A stretch of DNA of 64,000 nt from an uncultured Syntrophomonadaceae bacterium (GTDB taxonomy: Bacteria; Bacillota; Dethiobacteria; DTU022): assembly GCA_964627855.1 (NCBI GenBank), contig CAZVLE010000098.1:15160-79159 (forward strand), written 5' to 3'. The translations under genes and the position numbers were made by a program. Positions within the stretch are counted from its first letter, which is position 1. Each line of letters begins with the position of its first letter. This document shows, one piece after another, positions 38,174 through 46,915 of this stretch. A model generated the notes under the pieces. That model saw only the letters and a list, made by a program, of their open reading frames with translations. It made no database searches and was not told the origin of the DNA.

Positions 38174-38944
38174 CTACTGGATCCTTTTATCGACAATAAA
38201 AAAGCCAATGCCTGCAAGTAGGGCAGCCAGCGCGGCTATAACAATGGGTATCCCTACTTCAGGTGTAAATAAAATGCCGAGTATAATCCCAAGCGATCCG
38301 AGGATAACAAGCATTACGGCTATCATTTTCATGTAATTAAGCGGTTTTTCTTCATAGATATCGCCATAATAGCCGGCTGGCAGCTCCGCCCCGGGAAGAA
38401 AACCTTTACAATATCTGCATTTGATTGCGCTTTTTTTTATTTCTTCTCCGCAGAGCGGGCAGGGTTTGGTCTCACCTAAGGCTGCGAAACCTGTTTCGAC
38501 TGAAGTTTTAGAGTCAGGTGAACTGGTTGCGGAAGATATGGCTTCAACCAAGATGCGCTTGCAATAACGACACTTTATGGCACCAGCTTTAATCTCCATC
38601 GCACAATAGGGACATTTTTTCAGATCAGCCAAAGTTTGAGAGGCCATCTCATTTTGGGGCTGCTCTTCAAACGGATATTTTGTCGAAACCAGCTCATCAG
38701 TCAAAATTCGTTTGCAAAATCTGCATTTCATTGCATTTATTTTTATTTGCTCCCCACAATGAGGGCAGGCTTTTGTTTCTCTTTCCGTGGCATAAAAAGT
38801 TTTTGAAAGAGGCTCAGGCTCAAATGTAAAAACCGTGGAAACAGCTTCTTCAGTTAACATATTCCTACAGTAACGGCACTTGATGGCGTGCCACTTTATC
38901 TCTTCACCACAGTGCGGGCATAGTTTCGTTGCTTTTTCATTCAC
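38174..38944 (-). CDS. membrane protein with four tandem zinc-ribbon repeats
   Basis: Four copies of CP(H/Y/L)C(G/A)xxIKxxA(I/M)KCR(Y/F)C, spaced ~55 aa apart, then two C-terminal TM helices. 3-nt gap to the DUF815 gene. Confidence 0.65.
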   Translation of the reverse strand: MNEKATKLCPHCGEEIKWHAIKCRYCRNMLTEEAVSTVFTFEPEPLSKTFYATERETKACPHCGEQIKINAMKCRFCKRILTDELVSTKYPFEEQPQNEMASQTLADLKKCPYCAMEIKAGAIKCRYCKRILVEAISSATSSPDSKTSVETGFAALGETKPCPLCGEEIKKSAIKCRYCKGFLPGAELPAGYYGDIYEEKPLNYMKMIAVMLVILGSLGIILGILFTPEVGIPIVIAALAALLAGIGFFIVDKRIQ

Positions 38945-39059
38945 AAAAGATCACTCCTTTATTTGCTCAGTATCTATAATAACATTGAAACAAGTGATTA
39001 TCATAGTCATTTTTAATACTTCAATAGTAAAAGTTAAAATCCTTTATCGTAGCTGCTCA

Positions 39060-39135
39060 CTCTGGAATATGGCAATAATGATTGCCCGGGACCTTGGAAC
39101 AGCAGTGCACTTAAATTATAGCCGGACAGTTATCC
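39060..39135 (+). repeat. intergenic repeat family, compact copy (5' module fused directly to 3' module)
   Basis: CTGGAATATGGCAATAATGATTGCCCG matches 24/27 with the copy at 53867. The following ~46 nt match ~72% with 53951-53997. Confidence 0.6.
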
Positions 39136-39331
39136 TTCCCTTCATCAATAAATGCACAAATATAGGAAAAGACCTTTTCGAAAGTGACAACCTATCCTTT
39201 TGGAAAGTTATCACTACGGTATTTAACAATCGAACAAACCTTTATAAGGCAGGTATAGTAATTGTAGGCGTCGAATAAGAGAATTGTCAAATAACAAATA
39301 TCCAGGTATTTGTAAAGGGGGAGGTTGGGTA

Positions 39332-39625
39332 ATGTCTTTTCTAAGCGATTTGGCGGAAAACTTAAGCCGGGATAGCGAGGCAGAAAGAAGAAAAAATGCC
39401 TCTAGGAAGTTAGCAACTGGTTTGTTGATCGGAACTGCCCTCGGTATCACCGCAGGAATTCTCTTTGCTCCAAAGTCAGGCCGGGAAACACGAAAAGAAA
39501 TTGCTGATAGGGCAGCAGATACTTTTGAGCAATTAAGAGAGAGCATGGCTGAGCATCTGGATGAATTACAAACCCGCTTAGAAGCTGCAGAGCTCACTGC
39601 TGAAGAAGTTAAAAAGAACAAATAA
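39332..39625 (+). CDS. YtxH domain protein
   Basis: GLLIGTALGITAGILFAPKSGRETRKEI is the YtxH signature. The ATG at 39332 follows GGGGGAGG. Confidence 0.75.
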   Translation: MSFLSDLAENLSRDSEAERRKNASRKLATGLLIGTALGITAGILFAPKSGRETRKEIADRAADTFEQLRESMAEHLDELQTRLEAAELTAEEVKKNK

Positions 39626-39640
39626 AAAGGGGGTGCAAAT

Positions 39641-40117
39641 ATGCTTGAACTAGAAATATCAATCAGAGACCTGGGATTATTTTTTCTTTTTGCAGCAGGG
39701 TTGGTTGCCCTGGTTTACCTGATTATCGTGCTTAAAAGAGTTTCAGATCTTCTGAAAAACACCCAGAAAATTATAGAAGAGCATGAAGGAGCAATCAGTG
39801 AGCTGATGGAGCATGCGCCCCGTATAGCACAGAACACTGCAGATATATCTGAAAGAATTATGAGCAGTGTTCATAAAACCGAAGAGATTTTACCCCAGAT
39901 CCTGGGTAACGTGGAAGATATCAGCGGCTCCATAAATAATAGCATTCGCAGTATAGATGCATCCATTTCATCAGTAGGAAGCGGCATCGACCATACTGTA
40001 GCTGCTGTTCAGGATAGTGCAAGCGATATGAATACCTATCTGAATATCCTCCTGGAGGCTATCGGCTTTTTAGCCGGTCTTTTTGCTCAAAGCAAGAAAA
40101 AGAAGAGAAAGAAGTAA
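39641..40117 (+). CDS. DUF948-like membrane-anchored stress protein
   Basis: N-terminal TM, a long helical region and a KKKKRKK tail. It is adjacent to the YtxH gene, as commonly seen. Confidence 0.6.
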   Translation: MLELEISIRDLGLFFLFAAGLVALVYLIIVLKRVSDLLKNTQKIIEEHEGAISELMEHAPRIAQNTADISERIMSSVHKTEEILPQILGNVEDISGSINNSIRSIDASISSVGSGIDHTVAAVQDSASDMNTYLNILLEAIGFLAGLFAQSKKKKRKK

Positions 40118-40292
40118 GCCTCTGTCAAAGACTATGCCTTTTGTTAATGGACTTACAAGCTGGTTTACTTTAAGCACGCGGCTGTCTTTCAATAACTGAT
40201 TAATCTATTCGTTTTTCTATTGATTGATCTTCGGCTGCTCTATTAGCCGGACTTCTTGAGCTTCATAAAGAATATTTTCCGGGAGAGAATAA

Positions 40293-41444
40293 ATGTCGAA
40301 CCTTGAAATAGTCGCTACGGCCACATTTGGCCTTGAGGCCATTGTTGCGGATGAGCTGAAAAATCTCGGTTACCATAATGTCAGAGTTGAGAATGGCAAG
40401 GTTTCCTTCATTGCCGATGAATTGGCTATTTGCCGCTGTAATCTCTGGCTGCGCTGCGCAGACCGTATTCGCGTTAAAGTTGGTGAATTCAGGGCTGTGA
40501 CTTTTGATGAACTATTCGAGAAAACTAAGGCACTCCCCTGGCCAGAGCTTCTGCCTCGCAATGCCAATTTTCCCGTTGACGGAAAATCAGTTCAGTCAAG
40601 ACTTTTTAGTATATCTGACTGTCAGGCCATCACAAAAAAAGCGGTCGTGGAGAGTCTGAAAAACAAGTACAAGTGTGACTGGTTTAGCGAGGATGGACCA
40701 CTTTACAGAATTGAAGTATCTGTTTTAAAAGATATCGCCACGCTAACTATCGACACAAGTGGTTCAGGCCTGCACAAGCGCGGTTATCGCCTGGCCGGCA
40801 GTGAAGCGCCACTAAAAGAAACCCTGGCAGCAGCCATGGTCATCCTGGCGCGTTGGAAACCGGACATAACCCTGGTTGATCCTTTTTGTGGATCCGGGAC
40901 TATACCAATTGAAGCTGCGCTAATCGGGCAAAATATTGCACCTGGCATGAACCGCACCTATGCTGCTGAAAAGTGGCCTACCATCCCCAGAGAACTTTGG
41001 CGTGAAGCTCGCAGGGAATCTCACGAACTGGCAGACTATGAGAAGAAACTCGATCTAAGCGGTACTGATATCAACAATACCATGATTCAGGCTGCCCGCA
41101 AGAATGCCGCCGAAGCCGGTGTTGAAGACCTGATCCATTTTCAGACCAGACCCATGTCAGAATTAAGCTCACAGAAAAAATTTGGAAAAATTATCTGTAA
41201 CCCTCCCTACGGAGAAAGACTGGGTGACATTGAAGAGGTGGATAAACTTTACCGGGACATGGGTAAGATGTTCAGATACCTTGACACCTGGTCATACTAT
41301 ATTCTGACAGCAAGTGAAAATTTTGAACTCCTCTTCGGCAGCAAGGCAACCAAAAGACGGAAGCTTTACCATGGCAATATAAAGGTTCATCTTTACCAGT
41401 ATTATGGTCCAGGTCCATCTGCCATGAAAGGACTGAAATCTTGA
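40293..41444 (+). CDS. THUMP-domain class I SAM-dependent RNA methyltransferase (RlmL/YpsC-like)
   Basis: N-terminal THUMP-like region, DPFCGSGTIPIEA motif I and NPPYGERL motif IV. Confidence 0.85.
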   Translation: MSNLEIVATATFGLEAIVADELKNLGYHNVRVENGKVSFIADELAICRCNLWLRCADRIRVKVGEFRAVTFDELFEKTKALPWPELLPRNANFPVDGKSVQSRLFSISDCQAITKKAVVESLKNKYKCDWFSEDGPLYRIEVSVLKDIATLTIDTSGSGLHKRGYRLAGSEAPLKETLAAAMVILARWKPDITLVDPFCGSGTIPIEAALIGQNIAPGMNRTYAAEKWPTIPRELWREARRESHELADYEKKLDLSGTDINNTMIQAARKNAAEAGVEDLIHFQTRPMSELSSQKKFGKIICNPPYGERLGDIEEVDKLYRDMGKMFRYLDTWSYYILTASENFELLFGSKATKRRKLYHGNIKVHLYQYYGPGPSAMKGLKS

Positions 41445-42451
41445 AAGCAGCGGTGATTAGCGGACCGGGAGAAATTATGGTTACTGATAAGCCAGTTCCT
41501 ACCCCCGGGTTTGCAGAAGTGCTGGTAAAAGTCGGATATTGCGGTATATGTGGCTCAGATATCCATGCCTTTGATAGCGGTTTTTTTCCCCCAGAAGTAG
41601 TAATCGGACATGAATTCTCCGGCCTTATCGCCGCGATTGGACCCGGTTGCGAAGGGTTGGCTATCAGCGACCGGGTAGTTGCTAATAACAATACACCCTG
41701 TGGGAGCTGTCATTTTTGCCTGAAAAGTGCTAACAACCTCTGCCCGGAAATGCGCAGGCTTGGCATTGCTGATCACGGCGCCCTGGCAGAGTATGTTATT
41801 GTTCCTTTAGAGAGTATTTACAAGCTGCCGACAGCAGTATCGCTTGCTGAAGCTGCCCTTGCCGAGCCCCTGAGCGTTGCCCTGCACGCAGTTAGAAAAA
41901 GTAGTCGGCCTCCCGAACAGAAAATTGTCATCATTGGGGCCGGGACAATCGGCCTGTTATTACTGGCCCTCTTAAAAGACCTTGGCGTCACGGAGATTTT
42001 AGTAGTTGAACCGCTTGCCAATCGGGCTGCAGCAGCAATCCAGCTGGGAGCCACTGCTGTAATTAACCCCCTGGAAAAAAATCTTTCTAACGAGATTGAT
42101 TCATTTTATGGAAAACCTGGCCCAGGCCTTGTTTATGAGTGTGCAGGTCTTCCGGATACAATCAGCGATGCCTGCACTATAGTGGCAACAGGGGGCTCAG
42201 TAATTGTTCTTGGTATATGCCATCAGCCTGTAAATACTAATTTTTTAAGCCTGGTTACCAGGGAGATAAATATCATCCCTGCTTTTAGCAAAACCAGGGA
42301 CGATTTTAAAGATGCAGTCAAAATCATTGCCACCGGCAGGTTGAATCTGGCTACCCTAATCTCCCGCAAGATATCGATGATGGACCTGAAAGAAGGTTTT
42401 ACTTCACCGGCAAGCAATTACATTAAAATCCTTGTCGAACCGGGGAGATAG
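41441..42451 (+). CDS. zinc-dependent alcohol/polyol dehydrogenase (MDR family)
   Basis: GICGSDIH and GHEFSG zinc motifs, structural-Zn Cys cluster CGSCHFC...C, and GAGTIG Rossmann motif. ATGA overlap with the upstream gene. Confidence 0.85.
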   Translation: MKAAVISGPGEIMVTDKPVPTPGFAEVLVKVGYCGICGSDIHAFDSGFFPPEVVIGHEFSGLIAAIGPGCEGLAISDRVVANNNTPCGSCHFCLKSANNLCPEMRRLGIADHGALAEYVIVPLESIYKLPTAVSLAEAALAEPLSVALHAVRKSSRPPEQKIVIIGAGTIGLLLLALLKDLGVTEILVVEPLANRAAAAIQLGATAVINPLEKNLSNEIDSFYGKPGPGLVYECAGLPDTISDACTIVATGGSVIVLGICHQPVNTNFLSLVTREINIIPAFSKTRDDFKDAVKIIATGRLNLATLISRKISMMDLKEGFTSPASNYIKILVEPGR

Positions 42452-42520
42452 CTGTAAGCTCTAAAGCAAGTCAACAAATTCAATTATAAGTGACTTGGAA
42501 ATTTAAAAGAAAGATCGCCA

Positions 42521-43336
42521 ATGACATCAACATGGAATCCTCTGCGAATTAAAAACAGGCAAAACCTTTACCTTTCCGCTCTCTTAAGAGAAGTAAAGCA
42601 TGACAATGCAGCGGCCGGATATCCGCTTAGTAATAAAACACTTATTGTTGTTTGCCACGGTTTCACTGGTTCGAAGGAGGGTGGAGGCCGGGCTCTGGCC
42701 ATGGGCAATGAACTTGCCACGCTTGGATTCAGCACGCTTCTGTTCGATTTTGCCGGTTGTGGCGAGAGTGATGGCAAGTGGGAGGAGCTGACTCTCAGCG
42801 GACAAGTAGATGATCTCTCAGCCGTGGTCGGATGGTGCCGTGAAAATGGCTTTAACCGGATTATTTTAATGGGACGTAGTTTCGGAGGCACTACCGCACT
42901 GCTCTATGCCGGGGAGGACAGCAAGATAGCTGCTGTATGTACCTGGGCTGCCGTAGCCAGGCCGGCCCTGCTATTCAGGCCCTATCTAAAAAACAACTTA
43001 AACGGACCGGGTAATGAAGTGATCATGATAAAAGGCAGCGAAGGTGAAGTGGCCCTGAAAAGAAGTTTTTTCCTTGATTTAACCCGACACGATCTGCTCG
43101 CTTCCACAGGGAAAATTGCCCCGCGCAATTTACTGATCATTCATGGTTCTGCTGACGAAACAGTGCCTGCAACTAATGCCCATATAATTTACCAGGCGGC
43201 GGGAAACCCGAAAGAGTTGGCGATCATTGAAGGTGCGGATCACCGTTTTTCTATGCACCTTGAAAGGGTCTGGAGCGTTTTCTTCAGCTGGCTGCAGAGC
43301 TTAAAAAACGTCCCATTGGAGCGTGACAATGCCTGA
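42521..43336 (+). CDS. alpha/beta hydrolase (dienelactone hydrolase/BAAT-like)
   Basis: HGFTGS, nucleophile elbow GRSFGG and C-terminal GADHRF. Confidence 0.75.
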   Translation: MTSTWNPLRIKNRQNLYLSALLREVKHDNAAAGYPLSNKTLIVVCHGFTGSKEGGGRALAMGNELATLGFSTLLFDFAGCGESDGKWEELTLSGQVDDLSAVVGWCRENGFNRIILMGRSFGGTTALLYAGEDSKIAAVCTWAAVARPALLFRPYLKNNLNGPGNEVIMIKGSEGEVALKRSFFLDLTRHDLLASTGKIAPRNLLIIHGSADETVPATNAHIIYQAAGNPKELAIIEGADHRFSMHLERVWSVFFSWLQSLKNVPLERDNA

Positions 43337-43502
43337 TTGGATGCATTCGCTGTTTTATGTAATTATATTTTCTGTTACTCTTACATTTATCTTTCTACTC
43401 ACCAAGGACTTCCTGGGCCTGATCGCCGGGCTAATTGCCGGACATCTTGTGGCCAGTTTCCTGGTATCTCATATACCCGGTTTTTGGGGCAGGAAAAAAT
43501 AA
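43329..43502 (+). CDS. small membrane protein (57 aa, 2 TM), not in the supplied ORF track
   Basis: The ATG overlaps the hydrolase stop (ATGCCTGA). Translation: MPDWMHSLFYVIIFSVTLTFIFLLTKDFLGLIAGLIAGHLVASFLVSHIPGFWGRKK. Confidence 0.35.
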   Translation: MPDWMHSLFYVIIFSVTLTFIFLLTKDFLGLIAGLIAGHLVASFLVSHIPGFWGRKK

Positions 43503-43686
43503 TTTTCACCACCCATAAGGTCTAGTAGTATTCCTTACTTTGCCACTGACCATCAATAAACCGGCAACAATCAGGCTGATTCATACAACCTGCAAAGCGA
43601 CTATAAGTTCGTCGATGCATAAAAACAGCGCTTACACAATTCCTCTTAGTGAGCCCAGGTTCGTATCCGTACCTGCTCTGGAAACA

Positions 43687-45411
43687 TCAACCTGCCCCCT
43701 GAAATAGCAATAGTTCAATCTCACTACGGTTGCGGCAGTTAAAAACATCTTTTTTTTCAAGCCAACCCTTTCGGGCAACAGCAACACCGAGGGCCGTATC
43801 ACTAAAACCTTCTAATTGATGAGCATCAGGATTAATCGAGACTTGTATTCCCATCTCCTTAATCTTTTTCAGGTGCCGCCAATCTAGATCAAGGCGGGCA
43901 GGGTTGGCATTAAGTTCCAGGACAATCCCCTTTTCGGCAGCTTTTCTGAAAATAGAATCCAGATCCAGATCTGAACTAGCCCTGCCCAGCAGGAGGCGAT
44001 TTGTCGGATGCCCAAGCATGGTCACCTTAGGGTGTTCAAGAGCTTTCAGCACCCGTTCAGTAATTCTGCTTCTTTCCATTTTCAAGGCTGAATGGACCGA
44101 AGCGATAACGAAGTCAAGTTTTTCTAAAACCGAATCTGGATAATCGAGGCTGCCATCAGCAAGAATATCCGACTCGACTCCACAAAATATGCCAATATCA
44201 GGATATTTTAAGCGCAAACCTTCAATCTCTTCCCTTTGTCTTGCAAGGTCTACTTCGTTTAGGCCCCCGGCATAGAAAGCAGATTGACTATGATCACTAA
44301 TCCCGACATATTGATAGCCAAGTTGAAGGCAATGCATAACAATATCTTCCAGTGAATTTTTCCCGTCGCTATAGAGGCTGTGAACATGAAATACCCCTCT
44401 GATATCACCCGGTTTAACCAGGTCTGGAAGAGTCCCTTTTTCTGCTGCCTCGATCTCACCATTATTTTCACGAAGCTCCGGAGGTATATATGCCAGCCCG
44501 AGGGTGTTAAATAATTCATCTTCATCACGGCAGGTAATCAGTTCCTGCTCCCTGTAGAGGCCGTATTCATTTATTTTAAAACCAATCTTTTTCGCCCGGT
44601 GCCGCATAGCGGTATTATGTTCTTTACTGCCGGTAAAGTGATGCAGGGCATAGGGATATTGGTCTGGACGAACCACACGCATATCAGCATTGATTCCTTT
44701 TTCAAGCTTAACAGATACTTTTGTTTCACCCATGGCAATTATATCTTTTACAGCATGCAGTTCACTGAAGGTTTTGGCAAGACTTTGCGGCTCAGAAGTT
44801 GCCGCAACGATGTCAATATCCTTGACAATCTCCAGGCAGCGCCTGATACTACCGGCAAGACTGATTTCGACTGGGTTTGCATGCCTCGATAACTCTGACA
44901 AAAGGTGGCTGGCAATACTTCGAGCTTCACTGTAAAAAAAGCGACCTTGATGCCTGCGAAAGAACTCAATTCCTTCAAGAATATTATCCTGACTTTTCGG
45001 CCCGAATCCCTTCAGGTTTAACAGGCGGTTTTCCCTGCAGGCATATTCAAGCTCTGCCAGAGTAGTTATTTCCAGTATTTCATAAAGGGTCCTGACTTTC
45101 TTTGGCCCAAGACCCGGCACTTCAATAATCTCAAGCAGACCAGCGGGGACACTTCTTCTGAGCTCATCGTAATAGGTAAGATTACCGTTTATAACCAGTT
45201 CTTTGATTTTCTCATTGAGGGCTGCGCCAATACCCTTAACTTCTTTGAGCCTGTCTTCTCGTGCCAGCCTTTCGAGCTCTTCATCCCCAATCAACTCCAC
45301 TGTTCGCGCAGCACCGTAATAAGCACGACTTTTATAGGGGTTTTCTCCTTTCAACTCAAGCAGAACAGCAATTTCCTCCAGGATTTTAGCTACACCTTGC
45401 CGCACAACCAC
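43687..45411 (-). CDS. polX: DNA polymerase/3'-5' exonuclease PolX (PolX core + PHP domain)
   Basis: N-terminal HhH region KILEEIAVLLELKGENPYKSRAY and C-terminal PHP motifs GVFHVHSLYSDG and ISDHS. The start is ambiguous (GTG 45411/45405, TTG 45429). Confidence 0.85.
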   Translation of the reverse strand: MVVRQGVAKILEEIAVLLELKGENPYKSRAYYGAARTVELIGDEELERLAREDRLKEVKGIGAALNEKIKELVINGNLTYYDELRRSVPAGLLEIIEVPGLGPKKVRTLYEILEITTLAELEYACRENRLLNLKGFGPKSQDNILEGIEFFRRHQGRFFYSEARSIASHLLSELSRHANPVEISLAGSIRRCLEIVKDIDIVAATSEPQSLAKTFSELHAVKDIIAMGETKVSVKLEKGINADMRVVRPDQYPYALHHFTGSKEHNTAMRHRAKKIGFKINEYGLYREQELITCRDEDELFNTLGLAYIPPELRENNGEIEAAEKGTLPDLVKPGDIRGVFHVHSLYSDGKNSLEDIVMHCLQLGYQYVGISDHSQSAFYAGGLNEVDLARQREEIEGLRLKYPDIGIFCGVESDILADGSLDYPDSVLEKLDFVIASVHSALKMERSRITERVLKALEHPKVTMLGHPTNRLLLGRASSDLDLDSIFRKAAEKGIVLELNANPARLDLDWRHLKKIKEMGIQVSINPDAHQLEGFSDTALGVAVARKGWLEKKDVFNCRNRSEIELLLFQGAG

Positions 45412-45438
45412 AATGATTGTCACCCCCAAGCTGTCTCA

Positions 45439-46773
45439 CTAATGAAACCCGGGCAGGTTAGGGCCACTTCCCCTGCACCAGTTAACCATCATTACCACCA
45501 GCGCCCTCACCGCCTCCATAACCTTTTCAATTTCAATGCACTCATTCACTGTGTGAGCAGAGACAACATCGCCAGGCCCGTACATAACGGTAGGAATACC
45601 GCCATAGAGGTTAAAGATACGCATGTCTGAACCATAGGTGACCGCTTCATACTGAACCTTTCGGGACAAAGCGCTACGATGGCTAAGGCTTAGGGTTTTT
45701 ACCAGGTCGCTCTCAATAGCAACCTCAGCCGGTTCGAAAAGCCCCTCATACCATTCTACCCGGGGTTGGTTTAACGAAAGCCATGGGTCAGCTTCTGCAA
45801 CCTCCCTGACAGTATTTTCAAAGGCCCGGTGCATTTCTGTTACTGACTCGCCCGGGAATATTCCCATTCTTCCGTGAGCTTCAAGATAGTCGGGGACACT
45901 GGAAGGCCAATCTCCAGCTTTAACAATCCCTACACTGAATGGCGCAACATTGGAAGGGTCGGCATAATAGCGCAGCGATTCACTGTGGAAATCAGCATGG
46001 CGCCGCCTGTCCAATGCCTTCAGTGCTGTGTAGATAAGATAAAATTTATCAATTGCATTGACACCCTGGTGGGCCATACAGGCATGAATTGACCGACCCT
46101 GCACAATTATTTTAAAAGTATGGCAGCCGGATTGCATATGGCAGATTCTCAATTGTGTCGGCTCAAGGATCAGGCAGGCATCAGCCTTTAAACCTTCTTC
46201 AACAAGGGCAAAAGCACCGCAGCCACCGGTTTCTTCTCCACAAACACTGGTAAAAATGATATCACCCCGGTTTTCAAAGCCAATTTCCTGCAATACCTTA
46301 ATAGCTGCAATCCCGGCCGCCAGACCGCCCTTCATATCAAGAGCGCCTCGACCATATACTTTTCCATTCCTGAAACTACCGCTCAAAGGGTCTTCCTGCC
46401 AGCAGGAGAGGTCCCCGGGAGGAACAACATCCACATGACCATTCAGGATAAGAGATCTTCCTCGTTTTTGGTCGACGTCTGAACCGTCATACCTCTCTCC
46501 AGTGCCTTTTTTACAGGCGATGAGATTATACCGTCTTACAAAGGGATAGCCATCATCACTAAATGCCTTGTGCATCTTGAGTTTTTCAGGGTCAACCTTT
46601 ACCAACCTTGTCTCCAGGTCCAACTCATCAAGCTGTTTTTTCAAAAAAAGCTGAATCTGTTCTTCCTCACCAGAATAGCTGTTGATATTGATAGCATTTT
46701 GAATTAACTGCACCAGGTAATCACGATTTGCTTCAACTTTTTGCCTGACCAGTTCAAAGAAATCAGATTTCAT
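45439..46773 (-). CDS. M20-family metallopeptidase (ArgE/DapE/acetylornithine deacetylase-like)
   Basis: LILNGHVDVVP, GRGALDMKGG and SVCGEETGG motifs. Confidence 0.8.
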   Translation of the reverse strand: MKSDFFELVRQKVEANRDYLVQLIQNAININSYSGEEEQIQLFLKKQLDELDLETRLVKVDPEKLKMHKAFSDDGYPFVRRYNLIACKKGTGERYDGSDVDQKRGRSLILNGHVDVVPPGDLSCWQEDPLSGSFRNGKVYGRGALDMKGGLAAGIAAIKVLQEIGFENRGDIIFTSVCGEETGGCGAFALVEEGLKADACLILEPTQLRICHMQSGCHTFKIIVQGRSIHACMAHQGVNAIDKFYLIYTALKALDRRRHADFHSESLRYYADPSNVAPFSVGIVKAGDWPSSVPDYLEAHGRMGIFPGESVTEMHRAFENTVREVAEADPWLSLNQPRVEWYEGLFEPAEVAIESDLVKTLSLSHRSALSRKVQYEAVTYGSDMRIFNLYGGIPTVMYGPGDVVSAHTVNECIEIEKVMEAVRALVVMMVNWCRGSGPNLPGFH

Positions 46774-46915
46774 AGATATGAACTCCTGATTGTTTGGTTT
46801 TCAAGAAGCTTACATAATCACATTTTAAGTTTATCATAGATTAGACAAATTTAACCGGTTCATCTGAACAGAAGATCAGATATAATAGAACAAATGGCTG
46901 CGAGGAGGGTTTACT

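Noticed and set aside
38174-38944. Periodic repeats in this region as a possible CRISPR-like or tandem DNA repeat.
   Set aside because: The periodicity is at the protein level (four diverged zinc-ribbon units inside one intact ORF). There are no identical DNA repeats or spacers.
39069-39086. TGGCAATAATGATTGCC inside the repeat copy looks like a sigma-54 -24/-12 element (TGGCA-N-TTGC).
   Set aside because: The GG-to-GC spacing is one nt longer than canonical. The homologous copy at 53875 reads TGACAATAATGATTACC, with both the GG and the GC lost. No enhancer-binding protein gene is in the window.
38880-39278. A 132-aa plus-strand ORF spanning the zinc-ribbon gene start and the 387-nt spacer.
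   Set aside because: It overlaps the real minus-strand gene start, has no SD, and gives an Ile/Phe/Ser-rich translation. The region is better explained as a divergent promoter spacer containing the repeat element.
43337-43525. The track ORF of 62 aa after the hydrolase gene.
   Set aside because: The translation (…CNYIFCYSYIYLSTHQGLPGPDRRANCRTSCGQ…) is not protein-like. The overlapping 57-aa frame at 43329-43502 gives two clean TM helices and a coupled start.
43651-43680. GAGCCCAGGTTCGTATCCGTACCTGCTCTG resembles a tRNA T-arm (GGTTCGxATCC) and could be a tRNA 3' fragment or att-site remnant.
   Set aside because: The would-be T-stem does not pair (CCAGG versus CCGTA). No D-arm, anticodon arm or acceptor complement lies upstream, and there is no integrase or direct repeat nearby. 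Most likely chance.
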